The translations under genes and the position numbers were made by a program. From the NCBI GenBank assembly GCA_046758705.1, contig JBHIAT010000120.1, positions 1 to 11,731 of the forward strand: a stretch of DNA of 11,731 bases, given 5' to 3'. The DNA comes from Candidatus Bipolaricaulia bacterium (lineage in GTDB: Bacteria; Bipolaricaulota; Bipolaricaulia; JBHIAT01). A model generated the notes under the pieces. The model was given only the letters and a program-made list of their open reading frames with translations, searched no databases and had not been told where the DNA came from. Positions 5,988 to 11,731 of this stretch are shown piece after piece; the first letter of the stretch is position 1, and each line of letters starts with the position of its first letter.

Positions 5988-7463
5988 ATGAATAAGAATC
6001 TGATCGGTGGCCAATGGGTTGAGGCCGAGGGAGGGGGTACGTTCGAGTCACGCAATCCGGCTGACACCTCCGACCTGATCGGGGTATTTCCCGACTCCGA
6101 CAAACACGATGTCGCGCGGGCGGTGGCGGCGGCCGACGAGGCATTTTTCGATTGGAAGCAGTTTCCAGCCCCCAGGCGGGCGGAGATCCTGTTTGAAGCT
6201 GCCGAGGTGCTGAAGCGGAAGAAAGAGGAGCTCTCGAAGTTGATGACCCGGGAGATGGGCAAGGTGCTCAACGAGGCGCGCGGCGATGTCCAGGAGGGGG
6301 TCGACATGACTTACTACATCGCCGGGGAGGGCCGTCGGCTTCACGGCTACACCACCAAAGCCGAACTTCCCAACAAGGCGACGTACGCGCGCCGAGAGCC
6401 GATCGGCCGCATCGCTGTCATAACCCCGTGGAATTTCCCGCTGGCGATTCCCACCTGGAAGCTGATGCCGGCACTGGTGGCCGGCAACACGGTCGTGTGG
6501 AAACCGGCCACAGACACGCCCCGTCTCGCATACGAACTGGCGGTGTTGCTCCAGGAGGCCGGACTCCCGGACGGGGTGCTCAACGTCGTCTTCGGCCACG
6601 GCAAGCGTGTCGGCCAACCGCTCGTCGAGCACGAAAAGATCGATATGCTCACGTTTACCGGATCGACCGAAGTCGGCAGACACCTGTACCGGGTTGCGGC
6701 GGACAAACTGAACGTGGTGCATCTGGAGATGGGCGGCAAAAATCCGCTCATCGTCATGGACGATGCCGACCTCGACCTGGCGCTGGACGGGATCATTTGG
6801 GGCGCGTTCGGGACGACCGGACAGCGCTGCACCGCCGCCAGCCGAATCATCGTTCACAAAGGGGTCATCGGCGAAGTGATCGAACGGCTCGTCACCGCCA
6901 CTAAACAGCTCAAGGTCGGAAACGGCCTCGACGAGGAGATCGACGTGGGACCGGTCATCAACAAGGCCCAGCTGGATACGATTCACCACTATGTTGAGAT
7001 CGGTCAACAGGGGGGAGCTGAGCTCCTGTGCGGCGGTCGAGTCCTCGACTCGGGGTCCTACGTGAACGGTTACTTCTACGAGCCGACGGTGTTCGCTGGC
7101 GTCACCCCGGAGATGAGGATCTTCAAGGAGGAAATCTTCGGGCCGGTCGCGGTGGTGGTAGAAGCTCAAGACTACGAGGATGCGATCCGGATCGCCAACA
7201 ACACCGACTACGGTCTGTCGTCGGCGATCTACACCCGGGACGTCAACCTGGCGCATCGGGCGATGGACGATCTGGAGGCGGGAATCGTCTATATCAACAG
7301 CAGCACGATCGGTGCCGAGATCCATCTGCCGTTCGGCGGGGTCAAGGGAACCGGGAACGGGCATCGGGAGGCGGGTCAGGCTGCGCTCGAGACCTACACC
7401 GAGTGGAAGGCAGTGTATATCGACTACAGCGGCAGACTCCAGAAGGCCCAGGGGATCGAATAG
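5988..7463 (+). CDS. NAD(P)-dependent aldehyde dehydrogenase family protein (original start probably 5639, interrupted by IS element)
   Basis: ITPWNFP, WKPA, FTGSTEVG, LEMGGKN (catalytic Glu), GQRCTA (catalytic Cys), EEIFGPV, LPFGGVK. Substrate cannot be assigned. Confidence 0.95.
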   Translation: MNKNLIGGQWVEAEGGGTFESRNPADTSDLIGVFPDSDKHDVARAVAAADEAFFDWKQFPAPRRAEILFEAAEVLKRKKEELSKLMTREMGKVLNEARGDVQEGVDMTYYIAGEGRRLHGYTTKAELPNKATYARREPIGRIAVITPWNFPLAIPTWKLMPALVAGNTVVWKPATDTPRLAYELAVLLQEAGLPDGVLNVVFGHGKRVGQPLVEHEKIDMLTFTGSTEVGRHLYRVAADKLNVVHLEMGGKNPLIVMDDADLDLALDGIIWGAFGTTGQRCTAASRIIVHKGVIGEVIERLVTATKQLKVGNGLDEEIDVGPVINKAQLDTIHHYVEIGQQGGAELLCGGRVLDSGSYVNGYFYEPTVFAGVTPEMRIFKEEIFGPVAVVVEAQDYEDAIRIANNTDYGLSSAIYTRDVNLAHRAMDDLEAGIVYINSSTIGAEIHLPFGGVKGTGNGHREAGQAALETYTEWKAVYIDYSGRLQKAQGIE

Positions 7464-7582
7464 ATCGGTCCGGTTGTCAGATGCGTACATAGGCATGTTC
7501 TACCTACCATAACCCCATTTCATTTCCCTAGGTGTCAATTTGACACAAATTATCATTATGATTGCGATAAGATGGTAATCAA

Positions 7583-9595
7583 ATGAGGCACAAAGTGATT
7601 GTTTCCATAAGTCTGGTCGTGGCATTAGTACTAGCGGCATCCGGTCCAGCCGAATCACAACCCAGGCGTTCATATGCGGGCACAACGCCCGCTCCGGAGT
7701 TTCCAATCGGTCTGGATTGGCTCAACACTGATCGACCACTCACCCTTGAGCAACTCAAAGGCAAGGTGGTGCTTCTAGATTTCTGGACTTACGGGTGCAT
7801 CAATTGTATGCACATCATTCCAGAGTTAAAGCAGTTGGAGGAAGAGTATCGCAATGAGCTAGTGGTGATTGGCGTTCACTCCGCTAAGTTCACCAACGAA
7901 GGGGATACCGACAACATCCGCCAGATTATTCTTCGCTACGGATTGGAACATCCCGTCGTCAACGACCGGAACTTTTTGCTATGGCGCATGTGGGGCGCGC
8001 GCGCCTGGCCCACCCTGGTCCTGATTGACCCGGCAGGCAACGTCGTCGGCGGACACATGGGCGAAGGCATTTATCCGATCTTCAAGCCGGTGATCGAATC
8101 ATTGGTGCAGGAGTTTGAGGCCAAGGGCATACTGGATCGTACGCCGTTGGGCCTCAAGCTGGAAAAAGAGGGCTTGCCCGAAACCGTGCTATCATTCCCC
8201 GGCAAGATTCTGGCCGATGCAGACGGCGGTCGCCTGTTCATCGCTGATACCAACCACAACCGGATCGTCATCGCTGATATTGACAGTGGTGACGTATTCA
8301 ACCTGATTGGCAGCGGGGAGCGTGGTTTTGACGATGGTGATTTCCGCACAGCAACCTTTTCTCAGCCGCAAGGGATAGCGCTTTCGGAAGACGGTCGCAC
8401 GCTCTATGTCGCCGATACCGAAAATCACGCTGTGCGTCAGATGGACTTGGTGAACGAAGCGGTGACGACGCTGGTCGGCACCGGTTTCCAGGCACGTATG
8501 TATCCACCAGTATTTGGCTCGGCTCCGAATGTCGCGTTGAACTCCCCATGGGATCTGGAGTTGGATGGCCATCTGCTTTACATTGCTATGGCCGGCTCCC
8601 ATCAAATTTGGGTTGTCAATCTGTCGACAGGAGTGACTCTACCGTTTGTCGGCAACGGCCGCGAGAGCACGCTTAACGGTCCTCGAGACCGGGCGGAGTT
8701 GGCGCAGCCCAGCGGCTTGGCGCTGGATGGCCAGGGCCGACTGTACTTCGCCGACTCCGAGAGCAGTTCGATTCGCTGGGCGGAGACCGATCCGGAGAAC
8801 GGCGAGACCGGCAGCCTGGTCGGCAGCACGAGCAGCTTGTTTCAGTTTGGCGATGTGGATGGTGTGGGTGTCGAGGCTCGCCTACAGCACCCGCTAGGCG
8901 TGGTCTATCACGAGGGTGTGCTCTATGTCGCTGATACCTACAACAGCAAGATCAAGCGCGTTGTCCCTGAGACGCGAGAGATTCAAACATTCATGGGCAG
9001 CGAGCATGGCTGGCGAGACGGTACCGATCCGCTGTTCTACGAGCCCGGTGGTATCGATGTGGCTAACGACAAACTCTATGTGGCCGACACGAACAATCAT
9101 GTGGTGCGGGTCATTGAACTGGACACCCAGGAAACCCGCACGCTGATACTCAAAGGCATCGAGCGCTTCATGGCCTCGCCGGATGACGAAGGCTTCGGCG
9201 GTAAGATCGTGCTCGTTGATCCCATTGAGGTTGGAGTCGGCAGGGGCAAGGTGCTGATTTATATAGCGTTTCCCGACGGCTATAAGGTCAACGATGAGGC
9301 TCCCAATTCGATGGCGTGGGAGGTTGATGGCGACGTGGTCGTGCTGCCTTCCGATGCGAACCGTTCCATCGTGGCCCCCAGCTTCCCGCTGGAACTGGAT
9401 GTCACCTTCAAGCAGGGTGAAGGCCAGCTGACTGGCGACCTGAACATCTTCTACTGCGAGGTGGAAAAGGAAAGCATCTGCCTGATTGAGCGAGTGCGAT
9501 TGGAAGCGCCGATCAAGGTCAAGGACAACGGGGACGACATCTTGAAGCTGAGCCATAGCATCGAGCTCCCGGAGATTGATACGCAAGCACCGTGA
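7583..9595 (+). CDS. Thioredoxin-like + NHL-repeat beta-propeller protein (NHLRC2/SOQ1-like) with signal peptide
   Basis: N-terminal MRHK + hydrophobic stretch; LLDFWTYGCINC, VIGVHSAKF, RAWPTLVLIDP; repeated L(Y/F)(V/I)ADTxNH motifs, LNSPWDL, LAQPSGL, LQHPLGV; C-terminal beta-rich domain with FYC...SIC. Confidence 0.92.
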   Translation: MRHKVIVSISLVVALVLAASGPAESQPRRSYAGTTPAPEFPIGLDWLNTDRPLTLEQLKGKVVLLDFWTYGCINCMHIIPELKQLEEEYRNELVVIGVHSAKFTNEGDTDNIRQIILRYGLEHPVVNDRNFLLWRMWGARAWPTLVLIDPAGNVVGGHMGEGIYPIFKPVIESLVQEFEAKGILDRTPLGLKLEKEGLPETVLSFPGKILADADGGRLFIADTNHNRIVIADIDSGDVFNLIGSGERGFDDGDFRTATFSQPQGIALSEDGRTLYVADTENHAVRQMDLVNEAVTTLVGTGFQARMYPPVFGSAPNVALNSPWDLELDGHLLYIAMAGSHQIWVVNLSTGVTLPFVGNGRESTLNGPRDRAELAQPSGLALDGQGRLYFADSESSSIRWAETDPENGETGSLVGSTSSLFQFGDVDGVGVEARLQHPLGVVYHEGVLYVADTYNSKIKRVVPETREIQTFMGSEHGWRDGTDPLFYEPGGIDVANDKLYVADTNNHVVRVIELDTQETRTLILKGIERFMASPDDEGFGGKIVLVDPIEVGVGRGKVLIYIAFPDGYKVNDEAPNSMAWEVDGDVVVLPSDANRSIVAPSFPLELDVTFKQGEGQLTGDLNIFYCEVEKESICLIERVRLEAPIKVKDNGDDILKLSHSIELPEIDTQAP

Positions 9596-9605
9596 CTCAT
9601 TCCAC

Positions 9606-10661
9606 CTAATGCTCTAGCTCTATGCCCAACTCGCTGCCCAGTTCCTCTAGCTCAGCATATAGCTCTTGGCTCAGCGGAATCCCGTGTTTCAGGCGCTCGC
9701 GCTCCGTCCTTGCCTCAGGCTCCCCTGGAAGAAAGACTTCATCAAACTCCTCTGCCGGTGGGATCGACTTGATCTCACGGATCATCTGATCGACTCGCTG
9801 CTTAAATTCGTCTGCGGGCAGATAGCTGGCGATATCGATCGCGCCGACAAAGTGCCCGATCGCCTGAGGTTCGGAGAAGTTGTCGTACATGCGGTTGATG
9901 TGGACACCGAAGGCTGATCCGGTCAGCAGGGCGGAGAGAATGTCAATGATCACCGCCAGGCCGTAGCCCTTCGACCCTCCCAGGGGACGAACCGCTCGAG
10001 CTTTCTTGGGATCGGTGATGGGATTCCCTTCCGTGTCCACCGCCCAATCTTCGGGGATCTCGCGCCCCTCCTGTGCCGCTACCATGACCTTGCCCATGGC
10101 GACCCCGCTGGTGGCCATATCCAGAACAATAGGTAACTCATCTTTGGCGGGAACGGCTATCGCGAGGGGATTTGTCCCGAGGACAGGTTTTTTACCGCCG
10201 AAGGGGATCATATCGGCCTCGGCGTGAGTGAGGGCGAGGCCGATCATATCGTCCTCCAGGGCCCTCATGGCGAAGTAGGCCGCGGTTCCGAAGTGGTTGC
10301 TGTTCTTGATCGCAACAAATCCCACGCCTGCCTCCTTGGCGATTGGGATCGCTTCGTCCATCGCTCGTAGCGCGACCAGTTGTCCTGGCCCATTTCCCCC
10401 ATCCAAGATCGCCGTGGCAGGTGCGGTTCGCGTCAGCCTCATCTCAGGCTGGGTCACGATCAACCCCATCCGCATTCGCTTGACATAGATGCCCAGGCGC
10501 ATCACTCCATGGCTGTCCACACCGCGAAGGTTGGCCTTAACCAGGGAATCCGACACAATTTCGGCATTCTCCGGCGAAAGTTCGGCCTTGATCAGCACCT
10601 CACGACAGAAATCTTTGAGTTTTTCCGCTCTTACTTTAAGTACATCGTTATTTTCATTCAT
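9606..10661 (-). CDS. Ldh_2 family (malate/L-lactate/ureidoglycolate) dehydrogenase, AllD-like
   Basis: ANLRGVDSHG, NSNHFG, PFGG...GTNPLA, LDMATS, KGYGL, LPGEPE. Start placed at ATG 10661 (or 10664), overlapping the upstream stop and following AGGAAG. Confidence 0.9.
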   Translation of the reverse strand: MNENNDVLKVRAEKLKDFCREVLIKAELSPENAEIVSDSLVKANLRGVDSHGVMRLGIYVKRMRMGLIVTQPEMRLTRTAPATAILDGGNGPGQLVALRAMDEAIPIAKEAGVGFVAIKNSNHFGTAAYFAMRALEDDMIGLALTHAEADMIPFGGKKPVLGTNPLAIAVPAKDELPIVLDMATSGVAMGKVMVAAQEGREIPEDWAVDTEGNPITDPKKARAVRPLGGSKGYGLAVIIDILSALLTGSAFGVHINRMYDNFSEPQAIGHFVGAIDIASYLPADEFKQRVDQMIREIKSIPPAEEFDEVFLPGEPEARTERERLKHGIPLSQELYAELEELGSELGIELEH

Positions 10662-11106
10662 CATCTTCCTGATCTTCGGGCTCGGAGTCAAGCACCGCGA
10701 TCGCCTCGACTTCGATGAGCATCTTGGGGTCCACTAGGCCTTGGACCTCGACCATCGTGAGCGCCGGTCGGATCTCCCCGAAGAACTCTGCGTGGGCGCG
10801 CCCGTACTCTCGCCAGCGTGAGATGTCTGTGACGTAGAAACGCGTGCAGACGACGTGGCGTCGGGCAGCTCTCGCCTGGTGGAGAGCCCATTTGACCTTC
10901 TCCAACGCATAGCGGGTCTGCGCATAGGCATCCCCTTCACCGACTACACGCCCCTCGGCATCAGAGGCAGTCGTCCCGGCGACGTACACCGTATCTCGAA
11001 CACGTACCGCCCGTGAGTAGCCCACAATCGGCTCCCAGGGCGCCGCCGATGAGATGCGTAGCCGCTCCACTGCCCCGGTCTCCTGCCCTGTATTCGGCGG
11101 TTTCAT
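10654..11106 (-). CDS. Rid (YjgF/YER057c/UK114) family protein
   Basis: WEPIVGYSRAVRV, VAGTTA, AHAEFFGEIRPALTMVEV, LIEVEA. Start at ATG 11106 after AGGAAGGAG (alternative start 11124). Confidence 0.9.
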   Translation of the reverse strand: MKPPNTGQETGAVERLRISSAAPWEPIVGYSRAVRVRDTVYVAGTTASDAEGRVVGEGDAYAQTRYALEKVKWALHQARAARRHVVCTRFYVTDISRWREYGRAHAEFFGEIRPALTMVEVQGLVDPKMLIEVEAIAVLDSEPEDQEDDE

Positions 11107-11120
11107 CGTTCTCTCCTTCC

Positions 11121-11731
11121 TCATTGCACCTCTGTGGCTGACCTGGAGGCGTGCAGACCAACGGGCCGTCTGATGTACTGCCCCTCGGGCGTGCCTACGA
11201 GCTCACCGTTCGCTAAGACCGGACGGCCCCTGAGTATCGTGTGGGTGGGCCATCCTCGTATCTGCATCCCGGCAAACGGAGTGAAGTCTTGAGCTGACCG
11301 AAGCACCTCCGGCGTCACCTCCACCTGCTGCTCAAGATCTATGATGCTGAGATCGGCGTCGCTACCGATGGCGATTGTCCCCTTGATGGGATAGAGCCCG
11401 AAGGCGCGCGCCGGGTTGGCGCTGATCAGCTCAGCGATGCGCGTCAGGGAGAGACCCTGCTGATGATATCCTTCAGAGATGAGGTAGGGGTAGAGGAGCG
11501 CCGTGCCCCCGAAGCCGGGAAGGGCTTTCCAGAGATCCTCACCCTTCTGTGCTTCGAAGCAGCACGCGTGGTCGCTCACCACGGTATCGATGCGGCCATC
11601 GATCATAGCCTCCCAGAGTGCCTCGCGATCATCCTCGGTACGAATCGGAGGATTGACCTTGCCACGAAGGTCACCGGCCGTGGCGTGGGTCAGGGCAAGG
11701 TGATGGACCGTGGTTTCCAGGCGGATGTCCA
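11121..11731 (-). CDS. Cyclic amidohydrolase (allantoinase/dihydropyrimidinase/dihydroorotase family), C-terminal part, 5'-truncated
   Basis: The reading frame runs to the window edge: ETTVHHL..GKVNPPIR..DREALW..IDTVVSDHA..PGFGG..NPARAFGLYPIKGTIAIGSDADL..TPFAG..GWPTHTILRG. Confidence 0.9.
   Translation of the reverse strand, partial: DIRLETTVHHLALTHATAGDLRGKVNPPIRTEDDREALWEAMIDGRIDTVVSDHACCFEAQKGEDLWKALPGFGGTALLYPYLISEGYHQQGLSLTRIAELISANPARAFGLYPIKGTIAIGSDADLSIIDLEQQVEVTPEVLRSAQDFTPFAGMQIRGWPTHTILRGRPVLANGELVGTPEGQYIRRPVGLHASRSATEVQ

Larger units (their letters stand above)
5649..5991 (-). mobile_element. Non-autonomous IS200/IS605-family element (PATE/MITE-like, 343 bp, no tnpA/tnpB)
   Basis: Two near-identical imperfect hairpins in direct orientation (5657-5676 and 5950-5970). 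Minus-strand right end: GAAG-hairpin-AGCG-TCAC. Left end: TTAT target, 17 nt, then AAAA-hairpin. No target duplication; removing the segment restores an ALDH N-terminus. Confidence 0.85.

Noticed and set aside
5649-5991. IStron (group I intron-IS hybrid), riboswitch or CRISPR interpretation
   Set aside because: The element is antisense to the host gene and I see no group I core; there are only two repeats about 290 bp apart; the ends fit IS200/IS605 rules better than a cis-regulatory leader.
6048-7496. 482-aa minus-strand ORF
   Set aside because: Antisense shadow of the ALDH gene, typical of GC-rich codon bias; no recognisable motifs.
8894-9586. 230-aa minus-strand ORF and other short ORFs inside the long genes
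   Set aside because: Antisense or alternate-frame shadows of well-supported CDSs.

Overview
Bacterial, GC-rich window with three gene blocks. (1) A minus-strand respiratory operon (5360 to <1), behind a TTGACA-17-TAAAAT promoter. It encodes a Tat-type Rieske protein and a 4-His cytochrome b6-like protein, with no subunit IV next to them, followed directly by rnfC-rnfD-rnfG-rnfE (rnfE is truncated by the window edge). The RnfC has a degenerate FMN/NAD site and an NqrA-like insertion, and the RnfD has an NqrB-like N-terminal extension. This suggests an unusual quinone-linked Rnf/Nqr-like complex. (2) Divergently, an aldehyde dehydrogenase whose 4th codon appears to be interrupted by a 343-bp non-autonomous IS200/IS605-family element (5649-5991, minus orientation, TTAT target). 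The element keeps both end hairpins, its own sigma70 promoter and a probable TnpB omegaRNA scaffold, and it supplies a new in-frame ATG to the gene. A secreted thioredoxin-NHL-repeat (NHLRC2/SOQ1-like) protein follows. (3) A convergent minus-strand cluster: cyclic amidohydrolase (partial), Rid-family protein and an Ldh_2/AllD-like dehydrogenase. All family assignments are from motif recognition only; no database searches were run.
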